In this document: positions 8,724-19,383 of the stretch, piece after piece
How the letters are laid out: the number at the start of each line of letters is the position of its first letter
Position numbering within the stretch: the stretch's first letter is position 1
From: a virus
Taxonomy: Duplodnaviria > Caudoviricetes
Reading direction: 5' to 3' (one strand)
IMG/VR virus record: IMGVR_UViG_3300037424_000111
Coordinates: 1-32,164 of that record
Length of the DNA stretch: 32,164 bases
Made by a program: the position numbers and the translations under genes
Notes under the pieces: model-generated
Told to the model about the DNA's origin: nothing
Databases searched by the model: none
What the model saw: only the letters and a program-made list of their open reading frames with translations

Positions 8724-11700
8724 GTGGTCGACTACAAGAGTAATACGTTCAACTACGGGACTGTAGGGGCTGCTATCAGTGTTGCCAACTCTCGTCTCTC
8801 TGGTGACGGATTCAATAGTTTGTTCGATGCTGGCGGTACATACACTTATGCTGCCTCTGGTAAAGACGGAACTACTTGTGCCCTTTTTACAACAAGTTCT
8901 AACGAGTCACACCTTAGATGGAACGTAGGTATCTCAGAAACTACTTACAAGATGTCGTATTATATAAAGTTGAATGGTACACCTTCCGGCACGACCACAG
9001 GCAATATAGGTAAGTTCGTACGGGCAGACCTAGGTGCTGACAATGCTTATTTTGGTATAAGCACAGCTAGGAAAGTTGTTCTGTACGACTCAGGCGGAAC
9101 TCTAAGAGCTACGTCTACTACGGTTCTTACCGTCGGTTCCTGGTACCGCCTTGTCTTCGAGGTTCTACAAAGTGCGACGGTCGGAAGAATTCGCTGCTAC
9201 ATCTACACCAGTATGGACAGCACGACCATAGCCGAGACCGTAGACACCGGCGCTACGATTAACACAGGGGCAGCAGCGATAGGTGGAGTTATAGTCGGTC
9301 CGTCCCCACTAGGTGGCTCTTGCACAATAAATTTCAACATGGACTATATCGAATGCGGAAGCAGCACTTCGTGTGTCGGTGGTCCTGCCTACACAGTTAT
9401 TAACGACACTACTGCAAAACAAGTCGGAATTAACATGTCATTAAATGTTGCCTTCGATAAAAACCTGTCTGAGATAGATGCTATCGGAGAAAATCTTCTA
9501 CCGACTTATTCAGCAGAACCGAACACAACTCTATCTAATGAGACAACCATACCATCTTATATATATGCTAACAGCCTGTCATTAAAGATGGTTACTACAA
9601 ATGCAACCTATACTTCTGGCTACACCTTCCAGTCTGACAACCTGACAGCTAGCGGCGGTAGACATTATTTACAAGTACATCTTCTTCCGTTCACTACGTC
9701 CAGAAAAATACAATTAATTACACACACAATGTCGGACGTAGATGTCAATCTTGGAACCTTCCATTATTTCCAGGACGAGGGTACTGGCTACGTCAGGTCT
9801 GACGGCTGGACAAAGATAGCTACGATTATTACTTTCCCGGACTTGACCGACCATCACAAAGATCGTGTGAGAGTTATCAACAGCGGTGCTTCAGAAATTC
9901 ACTACAGCTCTAGGACGAGTGTCGAGTATCTTGGTACTGACATATCCAGTAAAGTCATGCAGGTAAAGACTGGCTCAGGTCGTAACTACGAACGTGACCA
10001 GTTCGATGCGGGGGAAGCTGAGTTCATACTCAAGAACGAAGACGGTATCTTCACCCCCCGCAAGACTGGTACCGGTGCTCCGTACGAAGGTAATATAACG
10101 ACCAATAAGTCTGTACGATACTTATGTATTCGTAGTGGTTACATCTACCCGGTCTGGGCAGGATTCTCTAGTGCTTGGGAAGTAGACCTGTCCAGCTTCG
10201 GCTGGTCCGCTGCAAAGCTAAATTGTGTAGACGGATTCAACAGATTGTCGAAGAAGAAGGTACCGTCACCGTACCAAACATCTGTTCTTAATGACATCGG
10301 CCCTAACGACGCTTACTTTACTCTTCAAGATTCTAAGAGTTCTACTGACGCCATCTCAATTGTAGGTGACGGTCAGTACATGGAACTAAAGAGTGCCAAG
10401 GGGGGCACTGGCGAATCTGACTTCGGTGCCACTGGAACTCTCAGTTATCTTAATGAGAAGATATTTGGCCAAACTTCAACAGATGGTAATCTGACTTCTC
10501 TAAATATGAACCCTTCAGCACAAACAGACCAGATAGACAGTCTTGTTGCCTACGCTGACGTCGTACCCAGTTGTGTTCCATTAGGTATTAGCCAAGGATG
10601 GGCCTGTGAATTTACAGTGCTACCTCTAGGAGACACGCTGACAGGTGCAGAGAACTGGTTCGAGCAACGTATCAAGTCTGGTGGCACAGACGCTCTCAGT
10701 GGATTTAAGGTAGTGCAAAACACCGACGGTACACTTACCTTCTCTACCGCTAACGAAACTCTGTCCACGATGGGTGTCTCGAATACATTCAGGTTTAATA
10801 AAGCTATATTGCCAACAGATAACTATACATTCTCTACTACGATTACACAGGAAGATCCAGGAGCTGTTGGACTTAGATTCAATGCCGCAGAGTACAACTC
10901 TACAAGCGTTGTTCTGATAGCCTTACAAGGTTATTATTTCAGCTCTAACGAGAGTGTTTGGCGAGCGCTATCAGTTCTAGAAAACATGGATCTTACAAAT
11001 ACGTGGAGCCCATATCTTTTGAATATTAGAGATGCAGGTGCTCCGACAACAAACTTTGTTAACTTTCAGCTTCGCAGAGTTGTGTTCTTAGATACTTATA
11101 TAAAAATGGAAGTCGATTATTATCAGAGTTCGGGAACATTACCTACCGGTCTAGCTGGATGTTGGGTAAGTATAAACAGGACACAGGCTACGTTTGTAGG
11201 TATGTCATATGGCTCTGGTGGTACTTATGGAACAATAGACCTACGTGCCTACACAAAGGACATAAATAGTGCTGGTGTCGTACAAGTCGTTGCTGGTGAC
11301 ACTGACACTGTAGTCCTTACCGCTTCACCGTTCCACGCTAGTGGAGTACCTAACAGAGCTTGTGTCGGTGGAGTTATAAATGAACTAACCGGTGTGTCCG
11401 GTGGTTGGTTCGTAGGTCGACTTGGGCACATAGCATTCTTTGATTCTGATATTGGTGGTGCTCAGCTAGACACGCACACTGTATTATGGGGGCACTGGTC
11501 GTCTATCACCGACGCAACATTAATAGGTACGATCCTTGCTCAGGCAGAGTTATATGGATACAACAGAGTTGCAGCACTGGACTTCTCGACGGCTACAGTC
11601 GGTGGGGCGCAGTGGGACTCTGGATCTTTATTAGAAGTTACACAAAACGCTTCCGGCTACACCAACGGCACATTGTTCATGGGTCCAGACGGTGTACTTA

Positions 11701-12275
11701 TGTGGAGAAACTTCTATTCCCGCGCCAGTATAGTTTCTTCTGCCGATTTCAGTGGTAGCAATGCCGCCTTATGGCAGGGATTTACACCACAGATTGACGA
11801 TTCTAACTTCGTCAACATGGTTACAGTTAATTGGCCTGCTGGCAAAGAGTTCATTGCTAAAGATAGAGGTAGTATCGGTGAGATAGGAGAATACACAGCA
11901 CCAAACATTGAGTCTGCTACGTCAGACTCTCGTGTCACACAGGATATTGCAGAATGTGTTCTCTCCGAACTGTCAGAAGATAATACTAGAGTCGATCAGG
12001 TAACTTTGGACCCGTCTTCGTATCCAGCTCTTTGGGATCTGGCTCTCGATTTAATGATCGGGGACAAGATAACTATAGGAGACTTACCTGCCCTTGGACC
12101 TGCCACTGAGCTAGATATGTTCGTCGAGAAGATAGAACATGTACGTAGTCAGAACAACAGGTATCTGATTCAGCTACAAGTCTCACCGGTCAAAGGTGTT
12201 CATTCAGTAGCACAATGTGATAATACTGGCGACTGGGGTCAATTAGATACTACCGATTGTAAGCTTGGATTCTAG
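8724..12275 (+). CDS. Tail tip/hub protein with LamG/carbohydrate-binding-like insertions
   Basis: Follows the tape measure gene. GSGRNYERDQFDAGEAEFILKNEDGIFTP hub-like motif, LamG-like segments, C-terminal LMIGDKITI...FVEKIEH. Confidence 0.75.
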   Translation: MVDYKSNTFNYGTVGAAISVANSRLSGDGFNSLFDAGGTYTYAASGKDGTTCALFTTSSNESHLRWNVGISETTYKMSYYIKLNGTPSGTTTGNIGKFVRADLGADNAYFGISTARKVVLYDSGGTLRATSTTVLTVGSWYRLVFEVLQSATVGRIRCYIYTSMDSTTIAETVDTGATINTGAAAIGGVIVGPSPLGGSCTINFNMDYIECGSSTSCVGGPAYTVINDTTAKQVGINMSLNVAFDKNLSEIDAIGENLLPTYSAEPNTTLSNETTIPSYIYANSLSLKMVTTNATYTSGYTFQSDNLTASGGRHYLQVHLLPFTTSRKIQLITHTMSDVDVNLGTFHYFQDEGTGYVRSDGWTKIATIITFPDLTDHHKDRVRVINSGASEIHYSSRTSVEYLGTDISSKVMQVKTGSGRNYERDQFDAGEAEFILKNEDGIFTPRKTGTGAPYEGNITTNKSVRYLCIRSGYIYPVWAGFSSAWEVDLSSFGWSAAKLNCVDGFNRLSKKKVPSPYQTSVLNDIGPNDAYFTLQDSKSSTDAISIVGDGQYMELKSAKGGTGESDFGATGTLSYLNEKIFGQTSTDGNLTSLNMNPSAQTDQIDSLVAYADVVPSCVPLGISQGWACEFTVLPLGDTLTGAENWFEQRIKSGGTDALSGFKVVQNTDGTLTFSTANETLSTMGVSNTFRFNKAILPTDNYTFSTTITQEDPGAVGLRFNAAEYNSTSVVLIALQGYYFSSNESVWRALSVLENMDLTNTWSPYLLNIRDAGAPTTNFVNFQLRRVVFLDTYIKMEVDYYQSSGTLPTGLAGCWVSINRTQATFVGMSYGSGGTYGTIDLRAYTKDINSAGVVQVVAGDTDTVVLTASPFHASGVPNRACVGGVINELTGVSGGWFVGRLGHIAFFDSDIGGAQLDTHTVLWGHWSSITDATLIGTILAQAELYGYNRVAALDFSTATVGGAQWDSGSLLEVTQNASGYTNGTLFMGPDGVLMWRNFYSRASIVSSADFSGSNAALWQGFTPQIDDSNFVNMVTVNWPAGKEFIAKDRGSIGEIGEYTAPNIESATSDSRVTQDIAECVLSELSEDNTRVDQVTLDPSSYPALWDLALDLMIGDKITIGDLPALGPATELDMFVEKIEHVRSQNNRYLIQLQVSPVKGVHSVAQCDNTGDWGQLDTTDCKLGF

Positions 12276-12285
12276 GAGGTGAACT

Positions 12286-12816
12286 GTGGCTACCATTCCA
12301 AGTATCAGAAACTGGATCTTCGAGGAGTTTCTTACAGCCTCGAAGATGGACGAGATTTCTGACATGCTGACCTTTATACATAACAAATCTGGTGGACTAT
12401 TTTTCGCCCAACAGGCAGCAACACAAACTCTCACGACATCAACTGACACAGCGATTACATTTACTACTGAATATATTGACAGGGACGGCGGCCACAGCAC
12501 TTCTTCCAATACAGCACGTTATGTCGGTCAGACGGTCATGGGATGTATTGTTACCGGCGTTGTAAACTATGCAGCCAATGTCACTGGACAACGTCAGTGC
12601 TTTGTTAGGTTCAACGGTAGCACGACTGTCAGTAGTCACGTAGAAAATGCTACCGGCTCCGGTAGTCATAGAATAAACGCTCCAATTGCTTTTCTATATT
12701 ACAACGGAACGACTGATTATACAGAGATATGTGGTCGTCAAAGCTCTGGTGGTAACTTAGACACGGCAACAGCCGACGGTTCTAGTCAACATCTTGTAAT
12801 CGCACTTGCAGCATAA
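12286..12816 (+). CDS. Minor tail protein (probable trimeric receptor-binding/C1q-like head)
   Basis: EFLTASKMD N-terminal anchor; AITFTTEYIDRDGGH...DYTEI..RQSSGG. Confidence 0.65.
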   Translation: MATIPSIRNWIFEEFLTASKMDEISDMLTFIHNKSGGLFFAQQAATQTLTTSTDTAITFTTEYIDRDGGHSTSSNTARYVGQTVMGCIVTGVVNYAANVTGQRQCFVRFNGSTTVSSHVENATGSGSHRINAPIAFLYYNGTTDYTEICGRQSSGGNLDTATADGSSQHLVIALAA

Positions 12817-12837
12817 TCAGCGGGAGTGGAGTAACCA

Positions 12838-15800
12838 ATGCCGAATCCAAATCTCCACTATGTCACTGTCATAGGGACTTTCCTTGTCGAAGGTGTTCCT
12901 AACACAGGCACTGTGACTTTTGTCCCGAGTACCACAGTACGTATTGTGGACGAAGACGAAATTGTTCTCCCCGCTGTCACTGTAGGAACATTAGATGCTA
13001 ATGGTTCGATAAGCATATTACTTCCTACTTCCGATCAACCAGGGCTTGTTCCAAGTAACGTTACGTATACCGTCCAGGAGTATTTAACTACACCTTCGGA
13101 TTCTGTGCGATGGACTTTGTTTGTTCCTGAAGAGAATTACACATTAGACATACCTCTTGACCTGGCAGATGTTTATCCCGGGACAATTGGAGAATATTCG
13201 CCTGCTGCTATAGTTCTTGGTGCTACCGGGGTGACTGGCGCTACTGGGCCAACTGGACCTGCCGGAGCTGGGGCCACAGGGGCTACTGGACCAAGTGGAG
13301 TCACAGGCGTAACTGGACCTACGGGTGTCGGCGTAACGGGTGTAACCGGCTCTACTGGACCCCAAGGAACTCAAGGTGTAACTGGTACTACAGGGGTTAC
13401 AGGAGCTACGGGTGGACTTGGGGTTACCGGCCCAACAGGTCCGGCTGGATCTAACGGTGCTCAGGGTGTAACTGGAATTACAGGAGTTACCGGAGTCACA
13501 GGCTCACAGGGTATTACTGGAATCACTGGTGTAACAGGCGTTCAGGGAGTTACCGGTGTTACGGGGGTAACGGGCGTAACCGGACCCCAAGGTACTGCTG
13601 GTGGTTCTACTAACTGGCTAGGCGAATGGATAACTGCTACCGCCTACGCAGAAAACGATGCCATCTCTCACCTTGGTTCCAGCTACATTTGTCTTGTCTC
13701 ACATACTTCTGGTTCTGATAACGATGAGCCTGGTGTAGGTGTAAACACAGATACTTACTGGAACCTACTTGCTCAAAAAGGCACTACTGGTGCTACTGGT
13801 CCGACCGGGGCTCAGGGTACAACTGGCACTACAGGCGTTACCGGTGCTGTTGGACCAACGGGAGTCCAGGGAATTATAGGAGTTACCGGGGTAACTGGCA
13901 CTCAGGGTGATACAGGAAGCGTTGGCCCAACCGGACCTACAGGGGTTCAAGGTACTACAGGTGTCACTGGTGCAGTAGGGGTAACTGGCACTCAGGGAAT
14001 AACAGGTGTCACGGGCGTAACCGGGGTCCAAGGAATAACGGGAGTTACAGGCGTAACTGGCGTCAGAGGAAGGTTCGGAGGGAACTCTTTTGCATTTACA
14101 TTCTCGACGACCACTACTGATTCAGATCCAGGCAATGGAACTATTCGTCTAAATAATGCAACATATGCGTCGGCTACAGAAGCTTACGTAGACCTTCTGG
14201 ATGCAGATTCTACAGATATCACTGCTTGGTTAGATTCTCTTGATGACACAAGTGGTGTAGTCAAAGGTTCTGCCCGCTTGTTCTCAATATCTGACAACGC
14301 CAAGTGGGTTGATTTTCTTATTACCGGTTGGACGACCGCAACAGGGTACAGAAAACTAACCTTGACTTATATATCCGATAGTGGAAACGCACTCACTACT
14401 TCCTCCGGGGACACAGTATTCTCATTCGTAAAAGCCGGGAATGTAGGTGTTACTGGACCTACTGGAACAACTGGTATTACGGGCGTCACAGGAGCCACAG
14501 GGGTTGTAGGTGCAACGGGTCCAACAGGCATTAATGGTGTTACCGGTGTCACTGGGGTAACAGGTGCCCAGGGCGAAACTGGCGCTATAGGCCCAACAGG
14601 CGTTCAAGGAATTACGGGGGTAACAGGCGTTACCGGTGCTGTTGGAGCCACAGGACCGACCGGAGTTCAGGGTGTAACCGGACCACAAGGACGGTTCGGT
14701 GGTAACAGTTTTGCTTATACATTCAGCACGACTACTACCGATTCAGATCCTGGCGACGGAACGATAAGATTTAACAACGCGACATATTCCTCAGTAACAG
14801 AAGCTTATATAGACTTGTTAGATGCTGACAGTACCACTGTCACAACTTGGATAGATTCGCTAGATGACACAAGTGGTACTGTCAAAGGTTCATTAAGACT
14901 ATTTGCGATATCTGACAATACAAAATGGGTAGATTTCCTTATCACTGGATGGACTACTGCTACAGGATATCGGAAACTTACATTGGTTTACGTTTCCGAT
15001 AGCACTAGTGCTTTGACTACTACCTCTGGCGACACAGTTGTTTCGTTCGCTAAGGCAGGAAACGTTGGAGCCACTGGTCCTACAGGTGTAACTGGAATTA
15101 CTGGCGCTACAGGACCGACTGGTGTCCAAGGAATTACTGGTGTAACTGGAACGCAGGGAGTTACAGGTGTCATTGGTGTAACAGGTCCAAATGGTGTTAC
15201 CGGTGTGACAGGTGTTACTGGGGCCAATGGTGTTACTGGGGCCAATGGTGTTACTGGCGTAACAGGAGTTACAGGAGTTACAGGTGTTACAGGCGTCACA
15301 GGTGTAGCAGGTACTTCGACTTACATATTTAATGTTAAAGATTATGGAGCTACAGGGGACGGATCTACCGACGATTTAGCAGCTATTGAGTCCGCTATAG
15401 CTGCTTCTACGGCTGGATCTATTGTTTTGTTCCCTCCCGGCACTTACATAATAAGCGATATTCTTGAGCTTGTAGAGTCAAGAACATATATGGGTACTAA
15501 TAGAGAACAGTGTGTAATAAAGATACAAAACTCTGCTAATAAGGATGCTGTCGCGGCATCATCTGTTTGGTTTACAACAGGTGGTACTCCTGTTGCCGAC
15601 AATCCAACACACATTAAGCATATTCAATTTGATGGAAACAAAGCTAACCAAGCTAGTGGTGACGGTAAGGGACTTGTCCTAATTTCATTTTGGAACAATG
15701 TCGAAGACATAGATATTATAAATACTCGTGGTACTGGACTAGAGATAACATCATACCGGCAAGATGACTCTGAGATAACAGGTACTGCTGTAGAAACATA

Positions 15801-17253
15801 TATAAATAGAGTCAATATTCGTAATCCAGACGGACATGGTATCCATATAAGAGATGATACTGAGACTGTTCAAACAGTAACAGACGGATGGTTATTGAGT
15901 AGCATTGTAGAAAATCCAGGTCTTGAGGGTATTCTTATCGATTCTGGTTCTGGATGGAGAGTTTCCGGTAACCACATTTATACAATTGGCAAGAATGGTA
16001 TCCATATAAAGAGATCGTCACACACAAGAATAGACCATAACTATATAGAGCAACCTGGCCAATTAGCAGGTGGCTTTGCTATTTACGGGGCTATTGTTAT
16101 TGGTGACGGTGTAACAACATTCGCAGCAGGATCAGTTATTATTGACCATAATACAGGTTTTTACTCATCCGGAGCTGACACAGATTCTTATCTATTTGGT
16201 ATAAGAATAGTAACGTCTTCAGGAGCATCTGTCGATGCTGTTGTAGTTAACAATACGATAAGTGGCGTCACACATGTGACTGGTCAGTCGTACGGACTCG
16301 CTATAGAAAACCAGAGCGCAACAGCAACCACTAATGTATCTGCACATGGTAATGTTCTATCTGGATGGGAAGTAAGAACTACACTTAATGCTAATAGTGG
16401 AATACTAAACCTTAATGATGGTAATAATTATAATCCGGCACTTGCAACATCTGCTACCGGAGGATTCGTTAATTTACCTGGAACTCCTGGTACCCCAGCG
16501 GGAGCTGTTGCTGATGTAACTTCTGGTATTCCCGTAACAGTAGACACTACGAATGACATCTTATATGGATATTATGGTTCAGCATGGAATGCACTTAATA
16601 CGATTGGTCCTACTGGTCCTATAGGCGTTACCGGTGTCACTGGGGTAACAGGTACTCAAGGTGTAACTGGGGTTACGGGAGTCACCGGAACTCAGGGAAT
16701 TACAGGAGTAACGGGTGCAGTTGGAACAACTGGGGTTACAGGAGCTACGGGTCCAAATTGGCCCGCACTTTCTGTTTATGCAGATTCTTCTTCTACAGGT
16801 ACCACTGAAGTTGTTATAGGTGGTTTTACTATTACTGCATCCACCACATCGGTAGGTGACATGTGGTGGATTAAAGCTGGTGGTATTTCTAGTAACGATG
16901 CAAACAATACACATTCTATGAAATTGCGTGTCGGTGGGTTAGGAGGAACTACTATTGCAGAATGGGTACCACCAGCGGTGGCTGGCGCTGCGGCTGGTAC
17001 TCCGTGGGCTCTAGACGCTATGGTAATATGCCATCAGGTTGGTTCGTCTAACACCGACTGGCGTGCTAGTGGTCTCTATATAGTTGCCATGGGTACGACA
17101 TACACTCCTGTCTCGGCCAGCGGAGGTACTACTACAGGACCAAGCACTAGTTCTAATATTGACCTGGTACTTACAGTTGACTTCTCTGTCACAAACTATG
17201 TTGACGCTACGTTAACGCTACAAAATATGGGTGTCGTCAAGGTAGACATATAA
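12838..17253 (+). CDS. Collagen-like tail fibre/spike with CBM-like module, duplicated domain and right-handed beta-helix (pectate-lyase-3-like)
   Basis: Actinophage-type N-terminal anchor ([19 protein letters not shown]), five Gly-X-Thr blocks, CBM5/12-like WLGEW..Y..ND...GSSYIC..SHTS, and [18 protein letters not shown]...FPPGTY. Confidence 0.85.
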   Translation: MPNPNLHYVTVIGTFLVEGVPNTGTVTFVPSTTVRIVDEDEIVLPAVTVGTLDANGSISILLPTSDQPGLVPSNVTYTVQEYLTTPSDSVRWTLFVPEENYTLDIPLDLADVYPGTIGEYSPAAIVLGATGVTGATGPTGPAGAGATGATGPSGVTGVTGPTGVGVTGVTGSTGPQGTQGVTGTTGVTGATGGLGVTGPTGPAGSNGAQGVTGITGVTGVTGSQGITGITGVTGVQGVTGVTGVTGVTGPQGTAGGSTNWLGEWITATAYAENDAISHLGSSYICLVSHTSGSDNDEPGVGVNTDTYWNLLAQKGTTGATGPTGAQGTTGTTGVTGAVGPTGVQGIIGVTGVTGTQGDTGSVGPTGPTGVQGTTGVTGAVGVTGTQGITGVTGVTGVQGITGVTGVTGVRGRFGGNSFAFTFSTTTTDSDPGNGTIRLNNATYASATEAYVDLLDADSTDITAWLDSLDDTSGVVKGSARLFSISDNAKWVDFLITGWTTATGYRKLTLTYISDSGNALTTSSGDTVFSFVKAGNVGVTGPTGTTGITGVTGATGVVGATGPTGINGVTGVTGVTGAQGETGAIGPTGVQGITGVTGVTGAVGATGPTGVQGVTGPQGRFGGNSFAYTFSTTTTDSDPGDGTIRFNNATYSSVTEAYIDLLDADSTTVTTWIDSLDDTSGTVKGSLRLFAISDNTKWVDFLITGWTTATGYRKLTLVYVSDSTSALTTTSGDTVVSFAKAGNVGATGPTGVTGITGATGPTGVQGITGVTGTQGVTGVIGVTGPNGVTGVTGVTGANGVTGANGVTGVTGVTGVTGVTGVTGVAGTSTYIFNVKDYGATGDGSTDDLAAIESAIAASTAGSIVLFPPGTYIISDILELVESRTYMGTNREQCVIKIQNSANKDAVAASSVWFTTGGTPVADNPTHIKHIQFDGNKANQASGDGKGLVLISFWNNVEDIDIINTRGTGLEITSYRQDDSEITGTAVETYINRVNIRNPDGHGIHIRDDTETVQTVTDGWLLSSIVENPGLEGILIDSGSGWRVSGNHIYTIGKNGIHIKRSSHTRIDHNYIEQPGQLAGGFAIYGAIVIGDGVTTFAAGSVIIDHNTGFYSSGADTDSYLFGIRIVTSSGASVDAVVVNNTISGVTHVTGQSYGLAIENQSATATTNVSAHGNVLSGWEVRTTLNANSGILNLNDGNNYNPALATSATGGFVNLPGTPGTPAGAVADVTSGIPVTVDTTNDILYGYYGSAWNALNTIGPTGPIGVTGVTGVTGTQGVTGVTGVTGTQGITGVTGAVGTTGVTGATGPNWPALSVYADSSSTGTTEVVIGGFTITASTTSVGDMWWIKAGGISSNDANNTHSMKLRVGGLGGTTIAEWVPPAVAGAAAGTPWALDAMVICHQVGSSNTDWRASGLYIVAMGTTYTPVSASGGTTTGPSTSSNIDLVLTVDFSVTNYVDATLTLQNMGVVKVDI
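14068..15060 (+). repeat. Internal duplication of a 124-aa domain in the fibre (14068-14439 and 14689-15060)
   Basis: Both copies read GRFGGNSFA(F/Y)[12 protein letters not shown]...[21 protein letters not shown]...KAG; high amino-acid identity with many synonymous differences. Confidence 0.9.
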
Positions 17254-17307
17254 TATTAGGTGGAGAAGACCTGAACCGCTTCTGGAACCGGAAAGCGACG
17301 GCTATGG

Positions 17308-17583
17308 ATGAGACAAATGAGCTGGAAATCTATGAGGGAGCCTTTGAGCTTCCTGACTGGGTTTCTTGTACTGTACCAACAATTGTTCCTGGCGATCGAA
17401 GTAAACCCATACGTAATTGGTCTAATTGGAGCCCTTATGGGTCTCCCCGGCCTTCTTGGGGTAGACGAGTTGTTTCAGAAACGAAAAGATCGGCCAGAGA
17501 CTTTGGAAGAAATATTACCGAAGCCTTCAGAAAACGGCCACTCTGCACAACAGTCCTCTTCGGAATCTTCATCATCTACATAA
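17308..17583 (+). CDS. Small membrane protein (holin-like, about 2 TM)
   Basis: LSFLTGFLVL...VIGLIGALMGLPG; lysis-cassette position after the tail genes. Start uncertain (17308 or 17317). Confidence 0.55.
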   Translation: MRQMSWKSMREPLSFLTGFLVLYQQLFLAIEVNPYVIGLIGALMGLPGLLGVDELFQKRKDRPETLEEILPKPSENGHSAQQSSSESSSST

Positions 17584-17622
17584 TGAGTCTATTCCTATTC
17601 TAAACAGACTCTTATTAAGTAG

Positions 17623-17916
17623 GTGATGGTCATGAACCGGCAATTAACAAAGAGGTTCTTAGTAACAATATTTTCAGCACTTGTAGTAATAGGGCTGATA
17701 GTAGGTTTTTCTGCCAAGTCCTATCTAGATGTTCAGAAAGCTTTGAGGTCTAATTGCCAATTCTTCAAAGATATGCAGGTAGCTACTGCAACAATACCAA
17801 CGGCAAATACTAAAATATTAGATTCACTATTCTCGTCTTCCCGCAAAGCATATCTAGATCATAAATGTATTGGTGTCACAGGAGATCCACCACCAATACC
17901 AGAGAGACTTAGATAA
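17623..17916 (+). CDS. Single-TM membrane protein (lysis-accessory-like)
   Basis: N-terminal TM, two Cys, Pro-rich end; last gene before the terminator. Confidence 0.6.
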   Translation: MMVMNRQLTKRFLVTIFSALVVIGLIVGFSAKSYLDVQKALRSNCQFFKDMQVATATIPTANTKILDSLFSSSRKAYLDHKCIGVTGDPPPIPERLR

Positions 17917-17970
17917 TAAACCCCCAGCCCAGGTCGCCGTTGACTTGGTAACTGGGGGCTATTTTTATTT
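17915..17970. terminator. Bidirectional intrinsic terminator
   Basis: Hairpin CCCCCAG.CCAGGTC...GACTTGG..CTGGGGG (17921-17958) flanked by A-rich and T-rich tracts, between convergent genes. Confidence 0.75.
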
Positions 17971-18204
17971 CTTGACCTTGACCCTACTAGCCATAATCTC
18001 CTCGACACATATCTTTTTCTTATTTCCGCACAATTGGCACTTTGTGTCAAACACATATCTAGGGTTTGTAACTGGCATATGGCAAGCAAACCCAACTACT
18101 TTCATTTCATTAGAACAACACTGATACGAATTGAATACTATAATCTTGTCTATCAGATGACCGAACTCGTAATCTCGGTACGACTGTTTTACTAAGGTAC
18201 CCAC
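17965..18204 (-). CDS. Hypothetical zinc-ribbon-like protein
   Basis: GTG start after GAGGTG; CC...CQLC. Confidence 0.55.
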   Translation of the reverse strand: MGTLVKQSYRDYEFGHLIDKIIVFNSYQCCSNEMKVVGFACHMPVTNPRYVFDTKCQLCGNKKKICVEEIMASRVKVKK

Positions 18205-18208
18205 ATAT

Positions 18209-18589
18209 TCACCTCAATCCTCTTTTTAATACATTTTCTATTTCCGCGTTAACTTGATTAACATGTCTACTTAGATCATACAGAGAGCGATATTTACGGA
18301 CAGGAACTTCCTTATGCTTGACTAGCCTGTCTCCTGTATATATATCCACAATCCATTGTGGCTCTTTACCAGAGCAGACAAGAGGCCATATCCATATCCT
18401 GTCCATCATTGGCCTGTCGAAGTTACGGGAAAGACGCTGGACAATCTTGTCTTCGTAATTACCCCACTCTATGTTCCATCCGTGCTCTCTACCAACTTCT
18501 ATCATCATGTCGTAGATTTTCCTACGTATCTTATTCTCTTTCTCGAATTCAATAATTTGTCTAAGCTCAAATCCACTAGACCATGACAT
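18209..18589 (-). CDS. Hypothetical protein
   Basis: GGAGG SD; tight packing in the leftward operon. Confidence 0.7.
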   Translation of the reverse strand: MSWSSGFELRQIIEFEKENKIRRKIYDMMIEVGREHGWNIEWGNYEDKIVQRLSRNFDRPMMDRIWIWPLVCSGKEPQWIVDIYTGDRLVKHKEVPVRKYRSLYDLSRHVNQVNAEIENVLKRGLR

Positions 18590-18590
18590 C

Positions 18591-19181
18591 TCATCCTCCC
18601 GGTCTGACAGGTTCGAGGAACAAATAATCCTCTGGATATACTGTTACAATCTCACCTGTAAAAGTCAGACATTCGGTAGGACTAATTGGTGGGTTCTGAA
18701 TCGAGAAAGAATTGCAATCAGGTGGCGGGGATATTGGTACGTCGGTAGATATCTCGGTAGGTTGCTGTTCTGGCTCTATTATCGAAGCGACTGGTGAAGG
18801 AACCTGTTGTGGTGCTGGCACTTGTGTTACCTGTGGTTGTACCAATATAGTTCTTTCACGAACTGTTTCCTGTCCAGGCTGAACAACAACTCTAGACGGT
18901 TGGCTAGAATGCTGCTGTTGTGGGGTAATGGTAGTAGGACTGGCCTGTGGTAAAGCCTGTGGGGTCGTAGGTACCTGTCTACTAGTAGAAAATGGGTCTG
19001 GTACGCCTGGTGTCTTAGTTTTGATTTGGCGCTCTATAGGGGTTCGTGGCTTCGACTTAGTTTCCTTATCATTACCAGGAACATTTATATAATAGACGAC
19101 GGCAACGCCTGTAGTAGCAGACAATATTAGTGCTATGATTGTTCTCTTATAAAACCTGTCGATTCTTGCCTTGGGATGCAT
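18591..19181 (-). CDS. Membrane-anchored Pro/Gln/Thr-rich protein
   Basis: GGAGGTG SD before ATG 19181; one N-terminal TM followed by a long low-complexity stalk. Confidence 0.7.
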   Translation of the reverse strand: MHPKARIDRFYKRTIIALILSATTGVAVVYYINVPGNDKETKSKPRTPIERQIKTKTPGVPDPFSTSRQVPTTPQALPQASPTTITPQQQHSSQPSRVVVQPGQETVRERTILVQPQVTQVPAPQQVPSPVASIIEPEQQPTEISTDVPISPPPDCNSFSIQNPPISPTECLTFTGEIVTVYPEDYLFLEPVRPGG

Positions 19182-19383
19182 ATTCACCTCCATTTTCTAT
19201 TCTATGTCTATCTGCTGTCAGCTTTCCTCCGAGAGCAACGTCCCATGTATTAGCCGCATGTCTCCACTGATCAGCCTGTTGTTCGGCATGGGCTGCTAAC
19301 TGAGCATAGTGGTCTGACAATTGTTCAAAGAATTTGGCTTCCCGATTGCATCGGTCCGAAAAGTCCTGCTGCGAAGTAGCCAT
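19147..19383 (-). CDS. Hypothetical coiled-coil protein
   Basis: SD-like AGGTGG upstream; helical Ala/Gln-rich sequence. Confidence 0.55.
   Translation of the reverse strand: MATSQQDFSDRCNREAKFFEQLSDHYAQLAAHAEQQADQWRHAANTWDVALGGKLTADRHRIENGGEYASQGKNRQVL

Noticed and set aside
13144-16914. Minus-strand ORFs with TPV/PVT repeats
   Set aside because: Antisense shadows of the collagen repeats.
12838-17253. Diversity-generating retroelement targeting the fibre
   Set aside because: No reverse transcriptase; the duplicated domains differ at synonymous sites, not specifically at adenines.
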